Positions 19,146 through 28,981 of a DNA stretch of 64,000 nt are shown one piece after another; within the stretch, counting starts at the first letter, position 1; each line of letters opens with the position of its first letter. Origin of the DNA: Escherichia phage vB_EcoS_AKFV33. Position numbers and translations under genes: made by a program. The DNA lies in sequence record NC_017969.1. One strand, 5' to 3'. A model generated the notes under the pieces. The model worked only from the letters and a program-made list of their open reading frames with translations, was not told where the DNA came from and made no database searches.

Positions 19146-20117
19146 ATGACTAATGTAAAAGAATTTATTAAACGCTGTCAAGAAGCATATTATCAAGGTA
19201 TGTCTTTAATCTCTGATGAGGAGTATGATTGCCTGGTAAAACGCTTCCCATTAGAAGAAGAGATCGGACCTAAGGGTGATATTCCACATCTATATCGTAT
19301 GTATTCTTTACAGAAAGTTTATTATAATCGTGGAGATAAACCCCCATTTAACCCATTAGGTCAGGTAGAAACTGATAAGTTAGATGGTTGTGCGATTTCT
19401 CTGTTATATATTAATGGCGAATTTGTTCAAGCACTAACTCGTGGTAATGGTATTCTAGGGAATGATGTCACAAGCAACGTAAGATTGCTGAACATCCCTC
19501 AAAAGATTTCCCAAAAAGTACCTACTCAAATCACTGGTGAAGTTCTAATTACAAAAGAAGTAGAAAATAAACGTAACTTTGCCTCTGGTGCTATTAACCT
19601 CAAAGATAGCGATGATTTCGTACAACGTATCGGGGAAGGTGGTTTAATCTTCGTTGCATACGGTATCCAGTGTTCTGCTGAATCTGTAGGTATTACAGAA
19701 ACGTATTTAAAAGATATGCTTTGGCTAGAGAATGAGAACTTCTTAACAGTTGTTAATGTGCGTTCCTTCTTTAAATGGATTCCGACGGACGGTAAAGTTG
19801 TTCGTATTAATGATAACAACAAATTCTTCCGTGAAGGCTGGACTAATAAATTCCCTCGTGGAGCATTCGCTATTAAAGAGGATGAAGAAGGCGAGATTAC
19901 AACTCTTACTAAAGTTGAATGGCAGGTAGGAGCTTCTGGTAAAGTAACTCCAGTTGGTTATTTCGAACCGGTAATTATTGATGATGCTACAATTGTTAAA
20001 GCGACTCTTAATAACGTTGATTATATTAACTCTCTTGATCTAGAGATCGGTTGCCAGATTCGAGTGATTCGTGCTGGTGGTGTAATCCCGTGCATAGTAG
20101 AGCGAGTATATGATTAA
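19146..20117 (+). CDS. ligA: NAD-dependent DNA ligase, N-terminal part (Ia, adenylation and OB domains)
   Basis: 323 aa; N-terminal ISDEEYD-type Ia motif, KLDG adenylation lysine motif, OB-fold-like C-terminus; ends exactly at the domain boundary before the zinc finger. Confidence 0.85.
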   Translation: MTNVKEFIKRCQEAYYQGMSLISDEEYDCLVKRFPLEEEIGPKGDIPHLYRMYSLQKVYYNRGDKPPFNPLGQVETDKLDGCAISLLYINGEFVQALTRGNGILGNDVTSNVRLLNIPQKISQKVPTQITGEVLITKEVENKRNFASGAINLKDSDDFVQRIGEGGLIFVAYGIQCSAESVGITETYLKDMLWLENENFLTVVNVRSFFKWIPTDGKVVRINDNNKFFREGWTNKFPRGAFAIKEDEEGEITTLTKVEWQVGASGKVTPVGYFEPVIIDDATIVKATLNNVDYINSLDLEIGCQIRVIRAGGVIPCIVERVYD

Positions 20118-20167
20118 TACATAACCCTTTGCTACCCATCTACCATATAGGAATTATAAAGTGGTTA

Positions 20168-20196
20168 TTGACATTTTCGCCGCTTAGGTATATACT
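20168..20196 (+). promoter_or_regulatory. sigma70 promoter (TTGACA-17-TATACT) inside the ligase split
   Basis: Consensus -35 with 17 nt spacing in the 199 bp spacer between the ligase parts. Confidence 0.65.
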
Positions 20197-20260
20197 ATTA
20201 TCATTCAGTTGAGGGATAGAAAGTTATGGCGAGGGTAAGCAAAGTTAGTTAAAATTGTAG

Positions 20261-20289
20261 TTGCTAAATGCTTAAATACTTGCTATAAT
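20261..20289 (+). promoter_or_regulatory. T5-type early promoter (TTGCTA-17-TATAAT)
   Basis: Second promoter in the spacer, directly upstream of the second ligase ORF. Confidence 0.65.
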
Positions 20290-20316
20290 ATTTATATAAA
20301 TTGATAAGGAAGAAAT

Positions 20317-21090
20317 TTGATGAAAATCGAAATTCCAACACAATGTCCCTCTTGTGGTTCTAAGCTAGATCTTGTCAACGGACAATTATTCTGTCGGAAT
20401 AAGTCCAACTGTCCAGCGCAATCAAGTAAGTTAATTGAGAACTTCTGTACAAAAATGAAGTTAAAGGGCTTTGGTCCAAAAACTATTGAGAAGCTGGAGC
20501 TGACGAAGATTTCAGAACTATTTTACCTAACCGAAGAAGATTTGGTTAGAGCCGTGGGTAGCAAGGTTGCCGCTAAGTTAATTAGCGAATTAAATACTAA
20601 AGTTCGCGGAGACATTGACTTTGGTTCAGTTCTCGGTTCTTTAGGAATCCCTCTAATTGGAGAGGTTGCAGCAAAGAAATTATCCCAAAATTGCACTAGC
20701 TTCCACGATGTGAAGGCTGACGGCAAGGCTGGAGAAAATTATAAAGCCTGGCTAAATTCCCCACAGGGCAAGGATGTTATCGAATTACCGTGGAAATTCT
20801 CAACTGGTGCTAAAACTAAAACCGTCGTTACTGATGATTTAGTTGCCCAGCCAAATGGAATCGCGGTATGTATTACCGGATCTTTGCAAGATTTTGCAAA
20901 TCGAACGGATGCAACAAACTATTTAGAAGGTCTAGGATACACGGTTAAGAAATCCGTTACCAAAGACGTAAAATACCTGATCTGTGAGGATGAATCAAAA
21001 CGTTCTTCCTCATCTTATAAGAAAGCCGAAACGAATGGGATAGAAATCCTGTCGATTAAAGAACTATTGGAGAAAAATAATAATGTCTAA
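20317..21090 (+). CDS. ligB: NAD-dependent DNA ligase, C-terminal part (zinc finger, HhH, BRCT)
   Basis: 257 aa; Cys4 zinc finger (CPSCGS...CRNKSNC), helix-hairpin-helix LKGFGPKTIEKL, BRCT-like C-terminus. Confidence 0.8.
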   Translation: MMKIEIPTQCPSCGSKLDLVNGQLFCRNKSNCPAQSSKLIENFCTKMKLKGFGPKTIEKLELTKISELFYLTEEDLVRAVGSKVAAKLISELNTKVRGDIDFGSVLGSLGIPLIGEVAAKKLSQNCTSFHDVKADGKAGENYKAWLNSPQGKDVIELPWKFSTGAKTKTVVTDDLVAQPNGIAVCITGSLQDFANRTDATNYLEGLGYTVKKSVTKDVKYLICEDESKRSSSSYKKAETNGIEILSIKELLEKNNNV

Positions 21091-21850
21091 ACTGAACTGG
21101 AACGTAGAAGGTGTAACCGAGTCTCTGAAAGCAAAAGCCACTGCTCTGGGTGTTTCTGTAATCTCTCAAGAACAAGTAGCCGCTATCGCTGCTGAACTGG
21201 CTGCTGAAACTGGCAAAGATGTTACCGCTCGCTCTGTTGGCTCTAAACTGCGTAAAGAAGGTTTTGAAGTACAGAAAGCTAACGAAGTACAGAAATCCCC
21301 GTGGACTCCTGAGCAGGAAGCTGAACTGGTTGATTTCCTGAACGCTCATGCTGGTCAGTATACCTATGCTGAAATCGCTGCTGCTGTAGCTGGTGGTCAG
21401 TTCGGTGCTAAGCAGGTACAGGGTAAGATTCTGAGCCTGGAAATGACCGCTTCTGTTAAGCCAACCGAAAAAGCTGCTGCTGTTCGTTCCTTCACTCCGG
21501 ATGAAGAAACTGATTTTGTTAATCAGGTTGTTGCTGGCGCTACTATTGAAGCTATCGCTGCTCACTTCGGTCGTAATATCAAGCAGATCCGTGGTAAAGC
21601 TCTGAGTTTGCTTCGTGAAGGTCGTATCGCTGCTATGCCGGTACAGGAAACTTCAAGTGCTAAAACTCGTGAAGATCTGTTAGAAGGTCTGGATCTGGTT
21701 AACATGACTGTTGCTGAGATCGCTGAGAAAACTGGTAAGTCTGAGCGCGGTGTTAAATCTATGCTGTCTCGTCGTGGTCTGGTTGCTAAGGACTATGATG
21801 GTGCCGCTAAGCGTGCTAAACTGGATGCAAAAGCTGCGGCTGCTGAATAA
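21083..21850 (+). CDS. Ala-rich protein with four tandem HTH-like repeats (abundant early DNA-binding protein candidate)
   Basis: 255 aa; four repeats of the form xTxAEIAxxxGxxxxxVxGKxLSxxxxG; codon usage strongly biased to high-expression codons. Confidence 0.55.
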   Translation: MSKLNWNVEGVTESLKAKATALGVSVISQEQVAAIAAELAAETGKDVTARSVGSKLRKEGFEVQKANEVQKSPWTPEQEAELVDFLNAHAGQYTYAEIAAAVAGGQFGAKQVQGKILSLEMTASVKPTEKAAAVRSFTPDEETDFVNQVVAGATIEAIAAHFGRNIKQIRGKALSLLREGRIAAMPVQETSSAKTREDLLEGLDLVNMTVAEIAEKTGKSERGVKSMLSRRGLVAKDYDGAAKRAKLDAKAAAAE

Positions 21851-21867
21851 TCTGGTAAATTAAACCT

Positions 21868-21899
21868 AAGGGGAGGGGGCTATGCTCCTTCCCCTTTTT
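21868..21899 (+). terminator. rho-independent terminator
   Basis: AAGGGGA...TCCCCTT stem followed by TTTTT. Confidence 0.7.
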
Positions 21900-21932
21900 G
21901 CATTTAGAAGGCACGAAAGCGTGCAAAGGAGA

Positions 21933-23405
21933 ATGACCTTGTTTAACGTGCAAGCTGTAGTGTTGAAGATGCTTCTAGCTTCCGAACAGAAGCAAATAGC
22001 ATTGGAAACATTCTCAAAACTGCATAAAGATCATTTTAATGACGCTTTCTCCTCAATTTACCAAGCCGTCCAGAATTATTATAAAAAATATAACACAATG
22101 CCGTCCATTGACGCACTTATGCTTGAAGCTAATAGGAACGCCCGCCTTTCTCAAGCTCTAGTCGTCTTAGCTAACACTCAAATTCCAGAAGTGAGCATGG
22201 AACAGGCACTTGAAGTCCTAGAGGCTGAATATACACAGGATTTATTCCTGAAGCTTCTAGAAACAGACGTGCTTCAAGATTTAACAATGCTGGATCAGGG
22301 AGAAATTCTCAACCGAGTTGCCTCCCTTCACTTAAAATTAGAAGAGAAAGTAACGAATACTGGAAAAGTATTCAACGCAGATAACATGCGTATTTTCCAG
22401 AGAGAAGAAGATACCAAACTGAACTTAATCGCTCTTGGTATTTGTAATGAGTTCGACGCTCAAATTGGTTTAGCTCGCACAGAAACGTTACTGCTTGGTG
22501 GTTGGCGTGGTACTGGTAAATCCATTATCTGTTCAAACATACAGGTTCAGCAATATTTGAATGGAGATATTGCTCCATACTTCTCAATTGAGATGAAAGA
22601 ACATGAAGTATTTAGACGTAATCTAGCCATGTTAGCCGGGGTATCAGCACTAGCAATGCGTAATAATACTCTAGAAGGTGCAGCTCTATTGAGATTAGCC
22701 AGAACTAGAGCTAGAATGTTTAATGGGGGTGAAGAGCTTTTTGATAACTTCGTTAAACAGTACACAATGGCTAAGATGAGTGATTTCTACGATATGGAGA
22801 GTAAGCTAATAGAGGGATATGAACTACATACTCCTATGATTATCGTTTATGACCCTGAACTGTCCATTACAACAGTTGACGTAGAATTAAATAAATTAGT
22901 TGCTAGATATGGTGATAAAGTTACAGTAGCTTTACTGGACTATATTAACCAAACCCGACTTCCAGATTCTAAAACCATTGATATGTATGACTGGAAAGAA
23001 CAGATGGTTGTTAGCTCGTCTTTCAAATCTATCTGCCAGAAACATAACGTGGCTGGTGTAGCTCCTTACCAGATCGATCAAGATGGTAGAACACGTATGT
23101 CAAAGGGTATTCTTGATTCCGCAGACATGGCTGCTAATCTTAATGCTGCAAAAGCTGATAATGGTCAAGGTGCTATTATGTTTGACTTCGTTAAGACTCG
23201 TTCTTCTGATAGCGTGAAGTTTATGCCTAAAATGAACTGGGAAACCTTGCGGATGGATAACACTACCAACCTAGCGATGGAAGATATATCTCAAATGGAA
23301 GCTGAGTTCGTTATCCCTATTGAGAAGGATAAGCCGGCTCAACCTAAACGTGCTAAGAAAGACAAAACCGAAAATTCAACAGGTGAACAGGCCAGCGATA
23401 TATGA
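21933..23405 (+). CDS. replicative DNA helicase (DnaB-like)
   Basis: Walker A GGWRGTGKS in the C-terminal half; directly upstream of the primase with overlapping stop and start; start uncertain (track begins at 21882 inside the terminator). Confidence 0.6.
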   Translation: MTLFNVQAVVLKMLLASEQKQIALETFSKLHKDHFNDAFSSIYQAVQNYYKKYNTMPSIDALMLEANRNARLSQALVVLANTQIPEVSMEQALEVLEAEYTQDLFLKLLETDVLQDLTMLDQGEILNRVASLHLKLEEKVTNTGKVFNADNMRIFQREEDTKLNLIALGICNEFDAQIGLARTETLLLGGWRGTGKSIICSNIQVQQYLNGDIAPYFSIEMKEHEVFRRNLAMLAGVSALAMRNNTLEGAALLRLARTRARMFNGGEELFDNFVKQYTMAKMSDFYDMESKLIEGYELHTPMIIVYDPELSITTVDVELNKLVARYGDKVTVALLDYINQTRLPDSKTIDMYDWKEQMVVSSSFKSICQKHNVAGVAPYQIDQDGRTRMSKGILDSADMAANLNAAKADNGQGAIMFDFVKTRSSDSVKFMPKMNWETLRMDNTTNLAMEDISQMEAEFVIPIEKDKPAQPKRAKKDKTENSTGEQASDI

Positions 23406-24292
23406 GTAGAATAACAGAACTACTTGATCTGAAAGGCATTGAATATAAAGACACAGGTGGGGACATCCTCATCTGTTGTCTCAATCCAGATCATGACGAT
23501 AAACACCCAAGTTTGCGTATTGATCCTGAAACAGGTATTATGCACTGCTTGAGTTGTGGCTTCGGTAAAGGTATACCGAGCATTTACCATTATTTTAATG
23601 AGACTCAGTACCGACAGTCTCCAAGACTATCGCAGGTACGTAAAAAGATTTCAGAGATTAGGAATGGATCTACAAATCTTGCAATTCCTGAATCTGCTTA
23701 CCTTTTCGAAGGTGATTTCCGAGGTATAAGTTCTAAGACCTTGAAGAAATATTTTGCTTTCCAACACCAAGCAGACTGGGAAGGCAGAATTGTATTCCCA
23801 ATCACAGATGCTGTTGGACGCAATATCCTATTTTTGGGTCGTTCTATAAACAGTTCTGCCCCTCCTAAATACTTAGTAAAACCAAAACAAGTTTCACCAC
23901 CGATTTTCCCTGTACGATATAATACTCCAGTTCTTATTCTAGTTGAAGGTATCTTTGATATGCTGAACCTAGAGGATAATGGTATAGACTATGCTTCTTG
24001 CTGCTTTGGTACACATCAGTTTACTTCAGATAACATTGCAGATAAGTTTAGCCCTTATATTATTGCTGGTGTTAAAGTTGTTGTTATCTTACTAGATAAT
24101 GATGCTTCTGGTAATAAAGCTGCACAAGCACTGGCTAAGCTAATTCGTACAAAAACGCGTTTAACACCTGTAGTTGCTAACTTTCTTCTACCTGAAGGTA
24201 AAGACCCAGGTGACTTAAATAAAGAAGAAATTGATATGTTAGCAAAACGTATTGAAATTTTAGTTGCTGAATCGCTTAAAGATTTGGTATAA
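23402..24292 (+). CDS. DNA primase (zinc finger and TOPRIM)
   Basis: 296 aa; N-terminal zinc-binding CxH...CxxC segment, TOPRIM-like EGIFD and LLDNDASG blocks. Confidence 0.8.
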   Translation: MSRITELLDLKGIEYKDTGGDILICCLNPDHDDKHPSLRIDPETGIMHCLSCGFGKGIPSIYHYFNETQYRQSPRLSQVRKKISEIRNGSTNLAIPESAYLFEGDFRGISSKTLKKYFAFQHQADWEGRIVFPITDAVGRNILFLGRSINSSAPPKYLVKPKQVSPPIFPVRYNTPVLILVEGIFDMLNLEDNGIDYASCCFGTHQFTSDNIADKFSPYIIAGVKVVVILLDNDASGNKAAQALAKLIRTKTRLTPVVANFLLPEGKDPGDLNKEEIDMLAKRIEILVAESLKDLV

Positions 24293-24354
24293 TATATTGG
24301 TAAGTTAGAGAAGAAACACTGAAGTTATACTTACTTACCAAGAGGAGATTAAAT

Positions 24355-26922
24355 TTGAAAATCGCAGTAGTTGATAAAGCCCTAAACAACACTCGTTACG
24401 ATAAACATTTCCAGCTATACGGCGAGGAAGTTGATGTATTTCATATGTGTAACGAGAAGTTATCTGGTCGTTTGCTTAAAAAGCACATTACTATTGGAAC
24501 ACCAGAAAACCCATTTGATCCGAATGATTATGATTTTGTTATACTAGTAGGTGCCGAACCTTTCCTGTATTTCGCAGGTAAGAAAGGCATTGGTGACTAT
24601 ACTGGTAAACGTGTAGAATATAATGGATACGCTAACTGGATTGCGAGTATTAGCCCAGCCCAGTTACACTTTAAACCTGAAATGAAACCAGTTTTCGATG
24701 CAACAGTAGAGAATATCCACGATATTATCAATGGTCGTGAGAAGATTGCAAAAGCTGGTGATTACCGTCCTATTACTGACCCTGATGAGGCAGAAGAATA
24801 TATCAAGATGGTGTATAATATGGTTATCGGACCTGTCGCATTCGACTCCGAAACCTCAGCACTATACTGTCGAGATGGTTATCTGCTTGGTGTTTCTATG
24901 TCTCACCAAGAGTATCAGGGTGTATATATCGATTCTGATTGTCTCACAGAGGTTGCAGTATATTATCTCCAGAAAATTCTGGATAGTGAAAACCATACTA
25001 TTGTTTTTCACAACTTGAAGTTTGATATGCACTTTTATAAGTACCATCTGGGACTTACTTTTGATAAAGCGCATAAAGAACGCAGGCTTCATGATACCAT
25101 GTTGCAACACTATGTTCTAGATGAACGTCGTGGTACTCATGGCTTGAAATCTCTAGCAATGAAGTATACCGATATGGGTGACTATGACTTTGAACTAGAT
25201 AAGTTCAAGGAGGATTACTGCAAAGCACATAAAATCAAGAAAGAAGATTTCACCTATGATTTAATTCCGTTTGATATTATGTGGCCTTACGCTGCGAAAG
25301 ATACTGATGCCACCCTACGTTTGCACAACTTCTTCTTACCAAAAATTGAGAAGAATGAAAAACTTTGTAGTCTGTATTATGATGTCCTAATGCCTGGTTG
25401 TGTATTTCTCCAGCGTGTTGAGGATCGTGGTGTACCTATTTCTATTGATCGTTTAAAAGAAGCTCAGTACCAGTTAACCCATAATCTGAATAAAGCTCGT
25501 GAAAAACTGTATACTTATCCAGAAGTCGTTCAGCTAGAGAAAGATCAGAACGAAGCGTTTAACCCAAACTCTGTTAAACAACTCCGTGTTCTTCTGTTTG
25601 ATTATGTTGGCTTAACTCCAACAGGTAAATTGACGGATACTGGAGCAGATTCTACGGATGCAGAAGCTCTGAACGAACTGGCTACGCAGCATCCAATTGC
25701 TAAGACTCTACTAGAGATTCGTAAGCTGACTAAGCTGATCTCTACTTATGTTGAGAAGATTCTTCTGAGTATTGATGCAGATGGTTGCATTCGTACTGGT
25801 TTCCACGAACATATGACTACTTCTGGTCGTCTGAGTTCTTCTGGTAAACTGAACTTGCAACAGCTACCTCGTGATGAATCTATTATCAAGGGTTGTGTAG
25901 TAGCTCCTCCTGGGTATCGTGTAATCGCATGGGACTTAACAACTGCGGAAGTTTATTATGCTGCTGTTCTATCTGGTGATAGAAATATGCAACAGGTATT
26001 TATCAACATGAGAAATGAACCTGATAAATACCCGGACTTCCACTCTAACATCGCACACATGGTATTTAAGCTCCAATGCGAACCCCGTGATGTTAAAAAG
26101 CTGTTCCCAGCTTTGCGTCAAGCAGCTAAAGCAATCACCTTTGGTATTCTGTATGGTTCTGGCCCAGCTAAAGTAGCTCATTCTGTTAACGAAGCTCTTC
26201 TGGAACAGGCTGCTAAGACAGGAGAACCGTTTGTTGAATGTACTGTTGCGGATGCGAAGGACTATATTGAAACTTACTTCGGTCAGTTCCCGCAGCTTAA
26301 GCGTTGGATTGATAAGTGCCACGATCAGATCAAGAATCATGGATTTATCTATAGTCACTTTGGTCGTAAACGTCGTCTGCATAATATCCATTCCGAAGAC
26401 CGTGGTGTTCAGGGTGAAGAAATTCGTTCTGGATTTAACGCAATCATTCAGTCTGCTTCTTCTGATAGTCTCCTTTTAGGTGCTGTAGATGCAGATAATG
26501 AGATCATTTCTCTTGGCCTAGAACAAGAGATGAAGATTGTTATGCTGGTTCATGACTCCGTAGTTGCTATTGTTCGTGAGGATTTGATCGACCAATACAA
26601 TGAAATCCTGATTCGTAATATTCAGAAAGACCGTGGTATCAGTATTCCTGGCTGTCCGATTGGTATTGATTCAGATTCTGAAGCTGGAGGTTCTCGTGAC
26701 TATTCTTGTGGTAAGATGAAGAAACAGCATCCATCAATCGCTTGTATTGATGATGATGAATATACTCGTTATGTCAAGAGTGTATTACTTGATGCAGAGT
26801 TCGAGTATAAGAAACTAGCTGCAATGGATAAAGAGCATCCAGATCATAGCAAATACAAGGATGATAAGTTTATTGCTGTATGTAAAGATTTGGATAACGT
26901 GAGAAGGATTCTCGGTGCTTGA
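24355..26922 (+). CDS. DNA polymerase, family A, with 3'-5' exonuclease
   Basis: 855 aa (the length I recall for T5 DNA polymerase); exo I motif FDSET, polymerase motif B RQAAKAITFGILYG; TTG start with a GAGGAG Shine-Dalgarno. Confidence 0.9.
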   Translation: MKIAVVDKALNNTRYDKHFQLYGEEVDVFHMCNEKLSGRLLKKHITIGTPENPFDPNDYDFVILVGAEPFLYFAGKKGIGDYTGKRVEYNGYANWIASISPAQLHFKPEMKPVFDATVENIHDIINGREKIAKAGDYRPITDPDEAEEYIKMVYNMVIGPVAFDSETSALYCRDGYLLGVSMSHQEYQGVYIDSDCLTEVAVYYLQKILDSENHTIVFHNLKFDMHFYKYHLGLTFDKAHKERRLHDTMLQHYVLDERRGTHGLKSLAMKYTDMGDYDFELDKFKEDYCKAHKIKKEDFTYDLIPFDIMWPYAAKDTDATLRLHNFFLPKIEKNEKLCSLYYDVLMPGCVFLQRVEDRGVPISIDRLKEAQYQLTHNLNKAREKLYTYPEVVQLEKDQNEAFNPNSVKQLRVLLFDYVGLTPTGKLTDTGADSTDAEALNELATQHPIAKTLLEIRKLTKLISTYVEKILLSIDADGCIRTGFHEHMTTSGRLSSSGKLNLQQLPRDESIIKGCVVAPPGYRVIAWDLTTAEVYYAAVLSGDRNMQQVFINMRNEPDKYPDFHSNIAHMVFKLQCEPRDVKKLFPALRQAAKAITFGILYGSGPAKVAHSVNEALLEQAAKTGEPFVECTVADAKDYIETYFGQFPQLKRWIDKCHDQIKNHGFIYSHFGRKRRLHNIHSEDRGVQGEEIRSGFNAIIQSASSDSLLLGAVDADNEIISLGLEQEMKIVMLVHDSVVAIVREDLIDQYNEILIRNIQKDRGISIPGCPIGIDSDSEAGGSRDYSCGKMKKQHPSIACIDDDEYTRYVKSVLLDAEFEYKKLAAMDKEHPDHSKYKDDKFIAVCKDLDNVRRILGA

Positions 26923-27412
26923 TTTCAAATTGCCCGTATATGCTTTACGGGCTTTTGTATCAATTGAGCAAGAAGGTGATTATTCCGTAATTACAACAAG
27001 ATATAATAAATATGTGCTAGATAACAGGAAGTTGCCTGGCACTTTTTCTCAACGTAGGCTTATTCTATTTGAGAAACGGAAAGAATTACCATATAAGCTC
27101 TATCCTATTAGGGGTAGAATATCAATGTTGTCTCAATTAGTTGGGTCAAAGCGTAGCCAATTTATAGATTCTGATGGAAATCTTATTAACTGGAAGAAAA
27201 CTACATTTTATGATGTTGTCACCTCTAAAGTTTTGCATTCAGCTAGAATTTATAACGGAAAATACCAATGCTATGTAGCTAAAGTTCCATATCCATTTGT
27301 ATTATCCTATGTTCCAGCTTATATAAGCTATATTCTGGTAAATAATAGCCCTGTTATTTACCAAGTCCATCAAGAGGAGCCTGAAATTCCTAGACTTAGA
27401 ATAAAATTATGA
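26915..27412 (+). CDS. hypothetical protein, atypical codon usage (possible mobile insertion)
   Basis: 165 aa; GTG start overlapping the polymerase stop; rich in AGG/AGA/ATA codons unlike the flanking replication genes; no recognisable motif. Confidence 0.45.
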   Translation: MLDFKLPVYALRAFVSIEQEGDYSVITTRYNKYVLDNRKLPGTFSQRRLILFEKRKELPYKLYPIRGRISMLSQLVGSKRSQFIDSDGNLINWKKTTFYDVVTSKVLHSARIYNGKYQCYVAKVPYPFVLSYVPAYISYILVNNSPVIYQVHQEEPEIPRLRIKL

Positions 27413-28761
27413 AGGTTGTTATATCTAATAAAGCCTATTTCAAGCCCGATGATGAACTTTGGGATTATTGTAGTAAGCAAACCACTTATCACATTGAGAC
27501 AATGACTAGTAAATACCCTATTATGTATAAGAATAGTGGTGTTGTTGCTAAAGAGATTAAGTGGATTCCTATCACGCGTCTGGATTTACTAGATGCTAAA
27601 GGAGTAAAATACGAATTAGTCGATAAACGCACATTAGCTCCGGTAGATATACCAAAACCTAAGTTCAAGCTGCGCGAAGAAGATCAGCTTCCAATATACG
27701 AAGAATGCGATGATACCTGTATTATTAATGGTAAGCCTGGATTTGGTAAAACTATCCTAGCCCTTGCACTTGCGTATAAATTTGGCCAGAAAACTTTGGT
27801 AATTTGTACCAACACATCTATTCGTGAAATGTGGGCGGCAGAAGTTCGTAAATGGTTTGGGTTTGAACCAGGTATCATAGGTTCTGGGAAATACAATATT
27901 GATCCACCAATTGTGGTCAGTAATATTCAAACAGTGAATAAACATGCGAATAATCTTTCTAAAGTATTCGGTACTGTTATAGTTGATGAAGTTCACCATT
28001 GTGTGGCTACAACTTTCACTAACTTCCTAGAAATATCATGTGCTCGCTATAAGATCGGACTATCTGGAACATTAAAACGGAAAGATGGTCTACAAGTCAT
28101 GTTCAAAGATTTCTTTGGATATAAGATCTTTAGCCCACCGGTTAATAATACTATTGCTCCTACAATCCATAGGTACTCCGTGCCTGTTGAGCTATCAGGA
28201 AACCAAAACGTACCGTGGGCATTACGTGCTAATGATGTGTATAATCATCCTGAATATAGGGAGACTATTATAAATCTAGCACATTTATATGTGAATATGG
28301 GGCATAAAGTACTCATTGTAAGTGACAGAACAGAGTTAATCCAAACAGTACTAGAAGCTCTTGCACAGCGTGGTGTTACAACATATGAAATTATAGGGGC
28401 AACTCACTTAGATGACCGATTAAAAATTCAGGAAGATATAGCAAAAGGTGGACCTTGTGTACTTGCAGCCGCTCAAAGTATCTTCTCTGAGGGTATTTCC
28501 CTTAATGAATTATCTTGCTTAATAATGGGCAGTCTCATTAATAATGAGTCTCTCATTGAACAGCTCGCAGGCCGTGTTCAACGTATTGTCGATGGTAAAC
28601 TAGACCCTATTGTTGTGGATCTAATTATGAAAGGCGGCACTGGACTAAGACAGGCTTCTGGACGTATGGCAGTATATCGTAACAACGGGTGGAAAACTAT
28701 TACCATGACTCCTGAGAAAGCAGTTCAATTAGCTAAAATTGCATTTGGCAACAGCTCATAA
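27409..28761 (+). CDS. SF2 DNA helicase (T5 D10-like)
   Basis: 450 aa; Walker A GKPGFGKT and DEVH box (VDEVHH). Confidence 0.8.
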   Translation: MKVVISNKAYFKPDDELWDYCSKQTTYHIETMTSKYPIMYKNSGVVAKEIKWIPITRLDLLDAKGVKYELVDKRTLAPVDIPKPKFKLREEDQLPIYEECDDTCIINGKPGFGKTILALALAYKFGQKTLVICTNTSIREMWAAEVRKWFGFEPGIIGSGKYNIDPPIVVSNIQTVNKHANNLSKVFGTVIVDEVHHCVATTFTNFLEISCARYKIGLSGTLKRKDGLQVMFKDFFGYKIFSPPVNNTIAPTIHRYSVPVELSGNQNVPWALRANDVYNHPEYRETIINLAHLYVNMGHKVLIVSDRTELIQTVLEALAQRGVTTYEIIGATHLDDRLKIQEDIAKGGPCVLAAAQSIFSEGISLNELSCLIMGSLINNESLIEQLAGRVQRIVDGKLDPIVVDLIMKGGTGLRQASGRMAVYRNNGWKTITMTPEKAVQLAKIAFGNSS

Positions 28762-28773
28762 ATGATGTATAAT
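28745..28773 (+). promoter_or_regulatory. T5-type early promoter (TTGGCA-17-TATAAT)
   Basis: Overlaps the helicase 3' end; followed by the ACATAAATTTGAGAGAG leader. Confidence 0.55.
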
Positions 28774-28844
28774 ATATACATAAATTTGAGAGAGAAAGTT
28801 TCGGATTGATAAGAAAGTCCGAAGCAGAAAAATAAAAATTTTAG

Positions 28845-28874
28845 TTGCTAAATTCTCTCGAAATCTAGTATAAT
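28845..28874 (+). promoter_or_regulatory. T5-type early promoter (TTGCTA-18-TATAAT)
   Basis: Second copy 100 bp downstream with the same ACATAAATTCGAGGAG leader. Confidence 0.6.
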
Positions 28875-28981
28875 ATATACATAAATTCGAGGAGAAAATA
28901 AAAATTAAATTCTTCGATTATGAAAAGCTATACTTACTAGCTAGAGGAAATTCCGACCTAATTATTAAGCTATTCAAAAGA

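Noticed and set aside
21056-21565. 169 aa Ser-rich ORF antisense to the four-repeat protein gene
   Set aside because: Mirror-frame artefact of the strongly codon-biased, Ala-rich sense gene.
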